From: Chryseobacterium gleum
Lineage (GTDB): Bacteria; Bacteroidota; Bacteroidia; Flavobacteriales_C; GCA-002722245
NCBI GenBank assembly: GCA_945871895.1
Contig: CAMBXP010000002.1
Coordinates: forward strand, 4,308 to 68,307
Direction: 5' to 3'
DNA length: 64,000 bases
Positions 1 to 9,557 of the stretch are shown one piece after another (within the stretch, counting starts at the first letter, position 1; each line of letters opens with the position of its first letter). The notes under the pieces were generated by a model, which was not told the origin of the DNA, made no database searches, and was given only the letters and a program-made list of their open reading frames with translations. Made by a program: the position numbers and the translations under genes.

Positions 1-328
1 GGAATCTTTTTTTAATTTCTTTAATAGCGCGCAGGTAGAAATTTTTAGAGCTATAACTGTAGGTAGCTGTTTTGTTTTTGTGTTTTTCATCAACGCTGGG
101 GAATAGGATGAAAGCCTTTAATCCCAGTTTCATACATGAGTCAATTTCTTTGATGATGTTTTCTAACGACATTCTAAAGTTGCCCGGCAGTGAATGAATC
201 TCATCTTTGATATTAGCGCCATCCATCAAGAAAAGTGGATACACCAAGTTCGATACATCTAAATAAGTTTCTTTACTTAATTCTCTAATTCCAGAAGAAA
301 CTCTTCTGCGGCGCGGACGGATTTGCAT
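1..328 (-). CDS. hemB: Porphobilinogen synthase (delta-aminolevulinic acid dehydratase), N-terminal part only; the gene continues beyond the window start
   Basis: Minus-strand translation starting at the ATG complementary to 326-328 gives MQIRPRRRRVSSGIRELSKETYLDVSNLVYPLFLMDGANIKDEIHSLPG..., which matches the conserved HemB N-terminus (RRLRR...IRRLVRET...LIYPLFV). The ORF stays open to base 1. Confidence 0.8.
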   Translation of the reverse strand, partial: MQIRPRRRRVSSGIRELSKETYLDVSNLVYPLFLMDGANIKDEIHSLPGNFRMSLENIIKEIDSCMKLGLKAFILFPSVDEKHKNKTATYSYSSKNFYLRAIKEIKKRF

Positions 329-536
329 GGCTTAAAAATTTTGATGCTAAATTAAGTATTGGAAAGGGTTATATTGTCATTGATGTGTGAAAATTGACAA
401 AACAATAATAAAGAACATCTGTTTTTAGTTAAACTTCTGTATTTGAAGAATCGGAGTAATATCTTTTCTCAAATTCAATTGTTCAAAAAATATTCAAAAA
501 ATATTCTCTATGCCTCTGCCAATTAAGCATTAATAG

Positions 537-544
537 TATCTTTG
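537..544 (+). promoter_or_regulatory. TATCTTTG match to the Bacteroidota sigma-A -7 box (TAnnTTTG) just upstream of guaA
   Basis: Exact TAnnTTTG match 5 nt before the annotated ATG. The guaA start may instead be the Met at 558. Confidence 0.3.
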
Positions 545-548
545 CTTC

Positions 549-2078
549 ATGCAAGAAATGATACTTATTTTAGATTGTGGTTCTCAGTACACTCAGTTGA
601 TTGCTAGAAGAGTACGTGAATTAAATGTATATTGTGAAATACATCCCTACAACCATTTCCCGGCTATCACCGAGAATGTAAAAGGGGTGATTATATCGGG
701 GAGTCCCTTTTCGGTGAACGATACCGACGCTCCTCAAATTGATACATCAACTTTTAAAGGTAAGCTACCTTTGCTGGGCGTTTGCTACGGAGCTCAATAC
801 CTGGCTAAGCAAGGAGGTGGACTAGTGGGTAAATCTGCTCATCGTGAATACGGTCGTGCTAACCTAGAGAAAATTGAAAGTGCTAATCCTTTGTTGAAAG
901 GAATGAGTGTTGGTTCTCAGGTGTGGATGTCGCATGGAGATACGGTTACTCAGTTGGCCGATAATTTTGAAATCATCGCTTCAACTAAAGATGTTGCAGT
1001 TGCAGCTTATCATATTAAGGGAGAAGAAACATACTGTATTCAGTTTCATCCAGAGGTTTACCATTCTTTAGAAGGTACGACTTTATTAAAAAATTATGTG
1101 GTGAATATTTGTGGATGCTCACAAGCTTGGACTCCAGATTCGTTTGTTGAAACTACTGTGGCCGAGCTGAAAGCTAAATTGGGTGATGATAAAGTGGTGT
1201 TAGGCTTGTCGGGAGGAGTAGATTCAACTGTTGCTGCAGTGCTGTTGCACAAAGCTATAGGTAAAAATCTTTATTGCATTTTTATCGATAATGGCTTGTT
1301 GCGTAAAGATGAGTTCGGTCAGGTTTTAGAACAATACAAGCATTTAGGCCTGAATGTGAAAGGAGTTGATTCTAGTAAGAAATTCTTGGGGCAATTGAAT
1401 GGCGTTAGCGATCCTGAAACCAAAAGAAAAACAATTGGAAGAGTTTTCATTGAAGTTTTCGATGAAGAATCTCATCTGATACAAGATGTAAAATGGTTGG
1501 CGCAAGGCACCATCTATCCAGATGTTATCGAGTCGGTGTCTGTTAAAGGTCCGAGTGCAACCATTAAATCTCACCATAATGTGGGTGGTTTGCCCGACTA
1601 TATGAAATTAAAAATTGTTGAGCCACTTCGTTCTTTGTTTAAAGATGAAGTTCGTAGAGTAGGCAAGACAATGGGATTGAGCGCTGAGTTGTTGGGACGT
1701 CATCCTTTTCCCGGACCAGGTTTAGCCATTCGTGTATTAGGAGAAATCACCGAAGAAAAGGTACGCACTTTGCAAGAAGTAGATGCTATATACATCAATC
1801 TATTGAAAGAAAAAGGATTATACGATTCAGTATGGCAGGCGGGCGCGATTTTCTTGCCAGTACAAAGTGTTGGCGTAATGGGCGATGAGCGCACTTACGA
1901 AAACGCAGTGGCTTTAAGAGCGGTGTCATCAACAGATGGAATGACTGCCGACTGGGTACATTTGCCTTATGAGTTTTTAGCAGAAGTATCGAATACCATT
2001 ATCAATAGAGTGAAAGGCGTTAACAGAGTTGTTTACGATATTAGTTCAAAACCACCAGCAACAATAGAATGGGAATAA
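549..2078 (+). CDS. guaA: GMP synthase (glutamine-hydrolysing)
   Basis: 509-aa ORF. The N-terminal glutamine amidotransferase class-I region reads [26 protein letters not shown], with catalytic-Cys context GVCYGAQ. A PP-loop SGGVDS and the GMP synthase C-terminal domain follow, ending ...PPATIEWE. Confidence 0.95.
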   Translation: MQEMILILDCGSQYTQLIARRVRELNVYCEIHPYNHFPAITENVKGVIISGSPFSVNDTDAPQIDTSTFKGKLPLLGVCYGAQYLAKQGGGLVGKSAHREYGRANLEKIESANPLLKGMSVGSQVWMSHGDTVTQLADNFEIIASTKDVAVAAYHIKGEETYCIQFHPEVYHSLEGTTLLKNYVVNICGCSQAWTPDSFVETTVAELKAKLGDDKVVLGLSGGVDSTVAAVLLHKAIGKNLYCIFIDNGLLRKDEFGQVLEQYKHLGLNVKGVDSSKKFLGQLNGVSDPETKRKTIGRVFIEVFDEESHLIQDVKWLAQGTIYPDVIESVSVKGPSATIKSHHNVGGLPDYMKLKIVEPLRSLFKDEVRRVGKTMGLSAELLGRHPFPGPGLAIRVLGEITEEKVRTLQEVDAIYINLLKEKGLYDSVWQAGAIFLPVQSVGVMGDERTYENAVALRAVSSTDGMTADWVHLPYEFLAEVSNTIINRVKGVNRVVYDISSKPPATIEWE

Positions 2079-3541
2079 AAAAAATGATAATGATGTTGGT
2101 GCTTTTTGTAAGCACCTTGTCGTCATGCACAGCGCAAAAAGATAGCCTTGTAGTAAAAGAGGGTAAGGAATATTATTCGGTTAAAGTTACGCCAAAACTT
2201 ACTTTGTATAGCTTAAGTAAAAAGTACAAAGTTCCGCAAGAGGCAATTAAAGCAGCTAATGGCGGCTTGGCTGAAGGCTTAAAAACCGATACCTATGTTT
2301 TTATTCCTGTTGCGCCTAAGGAAGAAAAGAAAGAAAAAAGAGAGGAGAGGGTGGATGAAGGATTGAGAAATTTAGATGAAATCATCAAAAATGAACAAGA
2401 TACTTTTGCTCCCCAATTGCCAAAAGAAAAGTGCCCATTGCCTAATGGCAGACATCTAAGCGTTGGCTTCATTTTACCTTTTCAACTGCATCTTTTAGAT
2501 ACTGTGCGTGCTAGAAAAAATGAGTACCAAGACTTACAAATCCCTATGGCAACTCAAGTTTTTTTAGATTTTTATGAAGGTAGTTTGATTGCGCTAGATA
2601 GCTTAAAAAAAATGGGATACCACATTGATGTTTTTGTTTATGATGATAGAGGTGATACCAATGTATTGAAGCAAATTATCGAACGTGATGAAGTATCGAA
2701 ATTGAATTTAATTATTGGTCCGGCAAATATCGAGTGTTTCAAAATTGCCTCAGAGTACCTTAAAAAGAAAAACATTTATTTAATATCTCCATTCTCTAAA
2801 AATGCAGATATCGTAAATGAGTTTGCCAATTCGGTAAAAATAGTTCCTGCTAAAAACAGTTATTTAGAAGCCATTACAAAACATGCGTTACAGAACTACA
2901 AAGGAGCTCATTTCATTGTTATAGGTGATAGAGAAGAAAGCAGAAGAAATGCCGATTTCATTGAAGCTAAGTTTGCGGGTGAAATGGTAACGGTGACCAA
3001 GTTGTATTTCGAACCAGGTAAATTAACCTTATCTGTGGAAGCTTTTTTAGCGAAGTTATCGAAAGAGCAAATCAATGTGGTGATTTATCCATCAGATAAT
3101 GAAAGCTTCATTACTAAGTTTTTAAATAGCATGTCGAAACACACCAAAGATTATCAATTTGCGGTTTATGGAATGGAAGGATGGCAAGAATATGCAAGTG
3201 TTGATGTTACACATTTTCAGGAGTTGAAGGTGCATATTCCTTCTATGTATTTAAGTCGATACGATTCTCCTTATATAGACAATATGATTTATGCTTATGT
3301 GCATCGTTTTAAAACAGAACCATCTCAATATGCATTTTTAGGATTTGATTTAACAGCTATTTTCTTGAAAGCCTTAAATAATAATACATCTCTAGATGAT
3401 AGTTCATTTTTGAATCAGAAATATAGAGGTATGATGCAAGATTACATGTTCGTGAAGAAGTCGGCACTTAGTGGATTTGAAAACACAGCTGTAGGTATGA
3501 TGGAGTTTAAAAATTACCAATTGGTGTGGATCAATGAGTAG
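2069..3541 (+). CDS. LysM-domain protein with a periplasmic-binding-protein (type 1)-like C-terminal region
   Basis: Signal peptide plus lipobox-like SSC. LysM motif [32 protein letters not shown]. The remaining ~380 aa resembles PBP1/ANF-receptor-type binding folds. Overlaps the guaA stop by 10 nt. Confidence 0.6.
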   Translation: MGIKKMIMMLVLFVSTLSSCTAQKDSLVVKEGKEYYSVKVTPKLTLYSLSKKYKVPQEAIKAANGGLAEGLKTDTYVFIPVAPKEEKKEKREERVDEGLRNLDEIIKNEQDTFAPQLPKEKCPLPNGRHLSVGFILPFQLHLLDTVRARKNEYQDLQIPMATQVFLDFYEGSLIALDSLKKMGYHIDVFVYDDRGDTNVLKQIIERDEVSKLNLIIGPANIECFKIASEYLKKKNIYLISPFSKNADIVNEFANSVKIVPAKNSYLEAITKHALQNYKGAHFIVIGDREESRRNADFIEAKFAGEMVTVTKLYFEPGKLTLSVEAFLAKLSKEQINVVIYPSDNESFITKFLNSMSKHTKDYQFAVYGMEGWQEYASVDVTHFQELKVHIPSMYLSRYDSPYIDNMIYAYVHRFKTEPSQYAFLGFDLTAIFLKALNNNTSLDDSSFLNQKYRGMMQDYMFVKKSALSGFENTAVGMMEFKNYQLVWINE

Positions 3542-4451
3542 CCCAAACTTTAAGTTAGAGACCCAAATTTTCTTTAAAAGTTTACAAGAAAACATTTGTG
3601 CTGCTTTAGAAAAAGAAGATGGAACGGGTAAGTTTGTTCCCCATATTTGGGAGCGCGATGGTGGCGGTGGCGGACGAAGTATGGTGCTTCAAGAAGGCAC
3701 TGTGATTGAAAAAGGGGGAGTGAATTTCTCTGCAGTAGAAGGTGAATTGCCCGAAAATATCTCGAAAGCTTTAGGTGTAAAATCAAATCATTTTTTCGCA
3801 ACAGGTGTTTCTATAGTGATTCATCCCAATAATCCTTTGGTTCCCATCATTCATATGAATGTGCGCTATTTCGAAACATCTATTGATGGTAAGGTAGAAG
3901 AGCAATGGTTTGGAGGAGGAATTGATTTAACGCCTCATTACGTGAATAAAGAACAAGCTAAATTCTTTCATCAGCAATTGAAAAACACTTGCGATAAATT
4001 TGGTGCAGAGTTGTATCCCGATTTTAAAAAATGGGCCGATGATTATTTCTTTATCAAGCACAGAAATGAAACCAGGGGAGTAGGCGGCATCTTTTTCGAT
4101 AGATTAAAAACTAGCGATAAATGCAGCATGCAAGATAGATTTGAGTTTGTGAAAGCAGTGGGCAATACTTTTGCGCCCACTTACACCAATTTGATGAACA
4201 TTAATAAAGAAAAGTCTTTTACCGATGCCCATAAAAATTGGCAGTTGATTCGTCGGGGTAGATATGTAGAATTCAATTTGGTGTACGATAAAGGGACTAA
4301 GTTTGGTTTGGATACCAACGGCAGAATAGAATCGATATTGATGAGTTTGCCTAAAATGGCTTCGTGGCCTTACGATCCTCAATTTGGCGAAGACTCGAAA
4401 GAGAAAGAAACACTTGATTTACTAGTAAAAGGAATAGATTGGGTAAGTTAG
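3534..4451 (+). CDS. hemF: Oxygen-dependent coproporphyrinogen III oxidase
   Basis: 305-aa ORF with conserved HemF blocks (WERDGGGGGRSMVL, GGVNFS, HPNNPLVPIIHMNVRYFE, GGGIDLTPHY, RRGRYVEFNL). Adjacent to hemB, a heme-pathway gene. Confidence 0.9.
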   Translation: MSSPNFKLETQIFFKSLQENICAALEKEDGTGKFVPHIWERDGGGGGRSMVLQEGTVIEKGGVNFSAVEGELPENISKALGVKSNHFFATGVSIVIHPNNPLVPIIHMNVRYFETSIDGKVEEQWFGGGIDLTPHYVNKEQAKFFHQQLKNTCDKFGAELYPDFKKWADDYFFIKHRNETRGVGGIFFDRLKTSDKCSMQDRFEFVKAVGNTFAPTYTNLMNINKEKSFTDAHKNWQLIRRGRYVEFNLVYDKGTKFGLDTNGRIESILMSLPKMASWPYDPQFGEDSKEKETLDLLVKGIDWVS

Positions 4452-4452
4452 T

Positions 4453-6978
4453 TTAGAATTTAGCAAGCACCCTAAAATTTAGTAATCTTCCGGTTAAGTG
4501 ATTGGGCACCGCGTACTGCGAATTCGAAACATCTTTAATCCATAGATAACTAACAGTATTCTGAATATCTAAAAGGTTGAATACTTCTAGCCTAAACATA
4601 AGGTTGTCGCAAAATCGAAGTAGGCTGGTGGGTTTGATTGCTTTCAGTTTTTTACCTCTTCGAATCATTTTGTCCTGTATTAACTCATACGAGAAACCAA
4701 TATCAACTCTTTTGTAGTCGGGAATTCTAAATCCATTTCGATACTGAGCCGAATTCATTTGTCCGAAAGGATATCCTGTTCCATAAGTTAAATTTAAGTG
4801 CAATTTAAAAGCGGGAAATCGGGGCATTTCATCTTGAAAAAATAGACTTATGTTTACGCGTTGGTCGGTTGGTCGGTGGATATAACCAGGATTTACTAAA
4901 ACGCTATCGGCAATCAACTTACTAGTAGCAAATCCGCCATTGATTTCTTCTCCATTTGCATTGAACTTTCTATAGTAAAAATCGCTGTTTAGGTTTTCTT
5001 TTGAGGTCATATAAGTTACACTTAACCAAGATTCTAATCCTTTTACAAACTCACCATTTAACCTTCCTTCGATACCTCTTGCATAACCGCGTGCATCGTT
5101 CTTTCCAAAGTAGTTGATTTGCACTTGATCTACGTTGTATGGAATAAGGTTGTAGAGGTCTTTAAAATAGGCTTCGGTGGTCAACTTAAACGGTCGGTTC
5201 CACATGTAAAACATCATGTTCATAGCAGCACCATATTGAATAGAAGTTTGTGCCATCACTCCGCTTTGCAGCTCAAATTCTAAGTTTCTTAGTTCTTTGT
5301 ATAGCGGTGGTTGCTGGTAAACACCTACATAGGCGCGGTAAGAAAAGCGCAAAGAATCGTTGATTTTGTTGGAGGGGATGAAGGATATACTCACACGCGG
5401 ACTCACCACTACTTGTTTGTTGTAATCCCAGTAGTTAGCTCTAATACCAGCAAAAATAGAAAGGTCTCTACCTGTTTTTTTGTTTTCTAGGAGTGTCCAA
5501 TTACGCTGTAAAAACGCGCTGTATCTATTGGTTTGTAATGTGTTTTTGGCTTGAATCAAAACAGGAAGAACAATTTCATCTGTGCTCTTAGGCAGCGAGT
5601 AACCTGCAGAATCAAGGTATTGCCATTCTTTGTATGATGCATTTACCATTTCTATTTGGTATTTCAATCCAAACAGAAAAGAACCATTGCTCATTTTGTA
5701 TTCGTTGAAATTTTCGAGATTGATAATGGATGAGTTTAGCTGACTTCTAGTATGATTTAAAAATGCGCCAGTGCCTAAATTAAATGCCACTTTACCAAAG
5801 TCGGTACTACCTAAATCGGTCTCCAGTTGATTAAGTGCATATTGTCCTTCAATATCAAAGGCCACTTGCTCGTATGAGTTGAAAGCAGAAATGGTAAAAC
5901 GAGATTTGAGGCGATGATTGGGGTTGTATTCTGCCGATACAGCACCAAAATAACTTTCAAAAATATCGTTCTCTTGTCCGTTAAAATACACCTTCATTTC
6001 AAAAGCATTGTTAATCCCTCCAAAGCGTGTTGTTCTGTTTTCTGGTATAGATATATATTGATTGCGTGCCGCATTGCCTAAAAATGAAATATCCCATTTT
6101 TCGCTTAAAGGATAAGTGATATAGCTTTGAAAATCGATGAAGTTTGGTTTGTAAGTTCCTTTGGTGTCGCTGGTGTTTAAAAGATAAGCGTTAGATTTCT
6201 GGCGGAACCCCAGGAGATAAGTTCCTTTTTTGTTTAGTTTTCCTTCAGTATGTGCCCTAAAGCCTAAAAAGCTTAGGTTTAAAGAGCTAGCAGCTGAATC
6301 GGGACGCTTGTATGTGATATCTAGAACACTCGACATTTTATCGCCATAGCGCGCTTCAAATCCGCCAGCATAAAAGTTTATGTTGTCAACCATATCGGCA
6401 TTCACAAAGCTTAAGCCTTCTTGTTCGCCAGCACGCACCAGCATAGGTCTAAAAATTTCAATGCCGTTTACATATATTAAATTTTCATCGAAATTTCCTC
6501 CGCGAACAGAGTACTGACTGCTTAATTCGTTGTTGCTACTAACGCCGGGCTGCGATTTTATGATGTCGAGCGCATCACCACCTGCCGAGGGCAAATTATT
6601 TAAATGCTTGCTGTTTATTTTTATTCCTCCCGATTGCTTTTTTGCGTCAACATTAACCTTTGCAGTCATCACCAAGCTACTTTCCATGTTTAGCTTGATT
6701 TTGGTTCTATCCTTAGCGTTGATATTTATAGAAATAGGGTTGTGGGCAACATGTGAAAATTCTAGCGTAATCTTTTTATTGGCAGGAATAGCAAACTCAA
6801 AATAGCCTGAATCATTGGCGCTAAAACTTTCACGCGTTTCTAAAACGTAGATACTAACGTTACCAATTTTCTTTCCTGCAGAATCTAAAGCTGTTCCATA
6901 TACTTCAACTTTTTCTTGTGCTTGAAGATTTAAACACAAAAAAAGAAAAGCAATGATATGAAAAAATCTACTTTTCAA
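4453..6978 (-). CDS. TonB-dependent outer-membrane receptor with an N-terminal carboxypeptidase-regulatory-like domain
   Basis: 841 aa. Signal peptide, then CarbopepD_reg-like segment (VYGTALDSAGKKIGNVSIYV...SGYFEF), then plug motif (DALDIIKSQPGVSS...YSVRGG). Long beta-barrel rich in aromatic and Gly residues ending in a C-terminal F (RVLAKF). Confidence 0.85.
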   Translation of the reverse strand: MKSRFFHIIAFLFLCLNLQAQEKVEVYGTALDSAGKKIGNVSIYVLETRESFSANDSGYFEFAIPANKKITLEFSHVAHNPISININAKDRTKIKLNMESSLVMTAKVNVDAKKQSGGIKINSKHLNNLPSAGGDALDIIKSQPGVSSNNELSSQYSVRGGNFDENLIYVNGIEIFRPMLVRAGEQEGLSFVNADMVDNINFYAGGFEARYGDKMSSVLDITYKRPDSAASSLNLSFLGFRAHTEGKLNKKGTYLLGFRQKSNAYLLNTSDTKGTYKPNFIDFQSYITYPLSEKWDISFLGNAARNQYISIPENRTTRFGGINNAFEMKVYFNGQENDIFESYFGAVSAEYNPNHRLKSRFTISAFNSYEQVAFDIEGQYALNQLETDLGSTDFGKVAFNLGTGAFLNHTRSQLNSSIINLENFNEYKMSNGSFLFGLKYQIEMVNASYKEWQYLDSAGYSLPKSTDEIVLPVLIQAKNTLQTNRYSAFLQRNWTLLENKKTGRDLSIFAGIRANYWDYNKQVVVSPRVSISFIPSNKINDSLRFSYRAYVGVYQQPPLYKELRNLEFELQSGVMAQTSIQYGAAMNMMFYMWNRPFKLTTEAYFKDLYNLIPYNVDQVQINYFGKNDARGYARGIEGRLNGEFVKGLESWLSVTYMTSKENLNSDFYYRKFNANGEEINGGFATSKLIADSVLVNPGYIHRPTDQRVNISLFFQDEMPRFPAFKLHLNLTYGTGYPFGQMNSAQYRNGFRIPDYKRVDIGFSYELIQDKMIRRGKKLKAIKPTSLLRFCDNLMFRLEVFNLLDIQNTVSYLWIKDVSNSQYAVPNHLTGRLLNFRVLAKF

Positions 6979-7600
6979 TTTTAAGTTCTCCGTTTTTCCA
7001 AGCTCTTAGAAAAGATGCCCAAGCAATAGGATTTAGTAAATTGTTTGGTGGAATTTGTCCGCCATAATACAATTGACTTTTCGCTTGATTTTGAACGTAT
7101 TTATGATTTAAACTAGCGTCGGCTTTGTACTCAGAATTATTAACTTCCACGCGTTTCATGTTGCGCTGAGCATATTCGTAGTCACCTTCAGGAATAATCT
7201 TGTTTTCAAATGCATATTTAAACTGCTGGTAAGAAGGCCATCGCGTAATATTTACGGTAGGGTAAACGGCGGTATCTCTTTTCATCAACTGTATCAAAGA
7301 GTAGGAAGATTGAGTAAGTGTATCAGGTAAACGATAAGTTTCTGTTTGATAGCCAACTGAAGAGAATTTCAAAGTATCACCAGATGTAATTACCAGTGAG
7401 AAATAACCCGAAGCATCGGCCATGGTGCCTCTATTGGTACCTGCGATAAGTATGCTGGTGTAAGATACAGCTTGCATGCTATCTGCAGAAATAATGATTC
7501 CTGTAAGTTGTACAATTTTTTTCTTTTTGTCGCTTTGCGCCATGGCACAAAAGGATAAAAGCAAAAAGGAAAAGAGGAGGTATGTTAACTTTTTTTGCAT
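6968..7600 (-). CDS. Carboxypeptidase-regulatory-like domain lipoprotein
   Basis: 210 aa. Signal peptide followed by GIIISADSMQAVSYTSILIAGTNRGTMADASGYFSL, a Cna-B/CarboxypepD_reg-like fold. Overlaps the downstream receptor gene. Confidence 0.6.
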   Translation of the reverse strand: MQKKLTYLLFSFLLLSFCAMAQSDKKKKIVQLTGIIISADSMQAVSYTSILIAGTNRGTMADASGYFSLVITSGDTLKFSSVGYQTETYRLPDTLTQSSYSLIQLMKRDTAVYPTVNITRWPSYQQFKYAFENKIIPEGDYEYAQRNMKRVEVNNSEYKADASLNHKYVQNQAKSQLYYGGQIPPNNLLNPIAWASFLRAWKNGELKIEK

Positions 7601-7627
7601 AGCGTAAAGCTAACAAAAACGGCGGTA

Positions 7628-9397
7628 CTATTTAATTATTGTAAGGATTAATTCTCGCTTATTCAAATTGTTGTCGATTACCACAATACGCACAGTATGT
7701 TCACCTTCAGCAATGGCGTTTGGTATTTTCATGCTTATGGTTTTTGTTTTAGAGTCGTATTCTAAAAGTTCCCACTTCTCATCAAAATACCCGTCGAATC
7801 GAGCTATTTTCGATTGCCAATCTTCAATAGTGAATTTCAATTCTTTTAATTCTCCTATTTTTTGATTGTTCTTAACGTTTTGTGCGTGAATATAGGGAGC
7901 AAGTGTATCGATAGAAAGACAATATCTTCCAAAGTTTCTTATTTCTCCCGATGCTGTATCGTTATGTAAATCGGCAGCTTTGTACTGAACGATTACATTG
8001 TTTCCATCTAATAAGCCAATGGTGAATTTATCACGATAGCAATAAAGCGAAGTGTCAATAGAAAAACAAATCATGGCACTGTTTTGCAATGGTGTTGCAT
8101 CGTGGCAAATGGTGTGTGTGGAAGATACGCATTTGCCCACTTTCGGACCCTTCTTGTATTTCAATTTAACATCGTTATACACAGAGTAGGCTGGTAGTTT
8201 AAATTTGAAATTGCTATCGGCATATTCAAATTCTTGATTGTGTAATATATATGGAACAGTATCGTTTCTTTTACTTAATGAATAAGCTGTTTTTGGGCCC
8301 ATGATCACAGGTAAACTCACTGATGCTTTGTTGCCATGGATATCGAATACTTCTAGTTTTACCACATGAACAAGTGTGTCGTTAAACGACATCCTTCCTC
8401 TGTTGGCAACGCTATCATAAATAGTAGTAAGGTAATTTTGGTCGAGAAAACATTTTTCAATCCAACGTTTTTGCTCTCTTTTGAAAAGATAGTCGGTGTG
8501 GCTGTTGATGTATCTCCATTTGGTGTGTTCTATTTCATCTAAAGAGTGACTGTAAATTAACTTGTCATCAAAATAAACGCTGGCTTTGTATACTCCAAAG
8601 GTATTGGCTCGGCCAGTAAACTTATCGGTAGCAAAGTAGCCTATACCAAATGGTCCGTAAACTTTAGTAGTATCGGTGTATTTTACAGAATCCTTTTCGG
8701 TGTAAAATTGCACTACACCATTTATTTTTGGAGTGTGCAGATACAAAGGTGTTTTTGTTTTGTTTACCGCCGATGTGTCGGAAAGCGGATAAATTCTTAT
8801 TCCTTTAATCACTGGAGCAATATTATCTACTACTCCCCAATTGAAAAATAAAGGATTTATTTCTGTGGTACCTTTGTGAATTTCTAAATGTAAGTGTGGT
8901 GTTGGACTGTGCCCCGTGGTGCCAGAATAAGCTACAAATTGTTTTTTCTTTACGGGGTAATCTGTAGAGTCGAAATAAATATCGTTTTTGTTTTCTAGCA
9001 AAACGGTTCTTTTCGCCTTTAAAGCAGAATCTACTTTTGGGGCAAATCCATCGAGATGGCAATATACTGTTGTTAGTCCGTTTGGATGAGTAATGTAAAG
9101 TGTCTTGCCATAGCCCCAAGCCGAATTCATTGAGATTCGCGATACATAACCTTCGGCACAAGAGTATATTCTTTTACCAATTTGTCCGTCGGTAGATACA
9201 TCAATACCACCATGAAAGTGATTAGGGCGCAATTCACCAAAGTTACCAGCCAATTTAACCGGACCGTCTACTGGCGACACGAAGTAGTTTCTGTCGTAAG
9301 CAAATTTTGTAGAGTCTTTAGGCAACAGTTGCGCAAATGCACACACCCCAACCAAAAGAAAAAGCAATACTAGGGTTTTTGATTTCATTTGTTTCAC
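7628..9397 (-). CDS. M23-family metallopeptidase (LytM/lysostaphin-like)
   Basis: 589 aa. Signal peptide, then HxxxD and HxH zinc motifs (NHFHGGIDV...; TPHLHLEIH) within a typical M23 catalytic domain, followed by a long C-terminal extension. Confidence 0.85.
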   Translation of the reverse strand: MKQMKSKTLVLLFLLVGVCAFAQLLPKDSTKFAYDRNYFVSPVDGPVKLAGNFGELRPNHFHGGIDVSTDGQIGKRIYSCAEGYVSRISMNSAWGYGKTLYITHPNGLTTVYCHLDGFAPKVDSALKAKRTVLLENKNDIYFDSTDYPVKKKQFVAYSGTTGHSPTPHLHLEIHKGTTEINPLFFNWGVVDNIAPVIKGIRIYPLSDTSAVNKTKTPLYLHTPKINGVVQFYTEKDSVKYTDTTKVYGPFGIGYFATDKFTGRANTFGVYKASVYFDDKLIYSHSLDEIEHTKWRYINSHTDYLFKREQKRWIEKCFLDQNYLTTIYDSVANRGRMSFNDTLVHVVKLEVFDIHGNKASVSLPVIMGPKTAYSLSKRNDTVPYILHNQEFEYADSNFKFKLPAYSVYNDVKLKYKKGPKVGKCVSSTHTICHDATPLQNSAMICFSIDTSLYCYRDKFTIGLLDGNNVIVQYKAADLHNDTASGEIRNFGRYCLSIDTLAPYIHAQNVKNNQKIGELKELKFTIEDWQSKIARFDGYFDEKWELLEYDSKTKTISMKIPNAIAEGEHTVRIVVIDNNLNKRELILTIIK

Positions 9398-9526
9398 GTT
9401 CTCAAAAGTAATGTACTCTATTGGATGTGGGGTTTTTCATTGAGAATAATATCAACACGACATTGTTTAATTTCAATTTTCGAGCCACCCGTATGTGCTC
9501 TGGTTAGCTTTTAACCTAATTTATCT

Positions 9527-9534
9527 TATCTTTG
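9527..9534 (+). promoter_or_regulatory. TATCTTTG -7 box 24 nt upstream of the helicase start
   Basis: Exact TAnnTTTG match at an appropriate distance from the ATG. Confidence 0.4.
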
Positions 9535-9557
9535 CGCCTCATTTTAAATAATATACA

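Noticed and set aside
1344-1894. Short antisense ORFs (77 aa, 64 aa) inside guaA
   Set aside because: Fully embedded in a well-conserved gene on the opposite strand. No independent support.
4104-4382. 92-aa antisense ORF inside hemF
   Set aside because: Embedded antisense ORF within a confidently identified enzyme gene.
6530-6805. 91-aa sense-opposite ORF inside the TonB-dependent receptor gene
   Set aside because: Embedded ORF with a hydrophobic low-complexity product.
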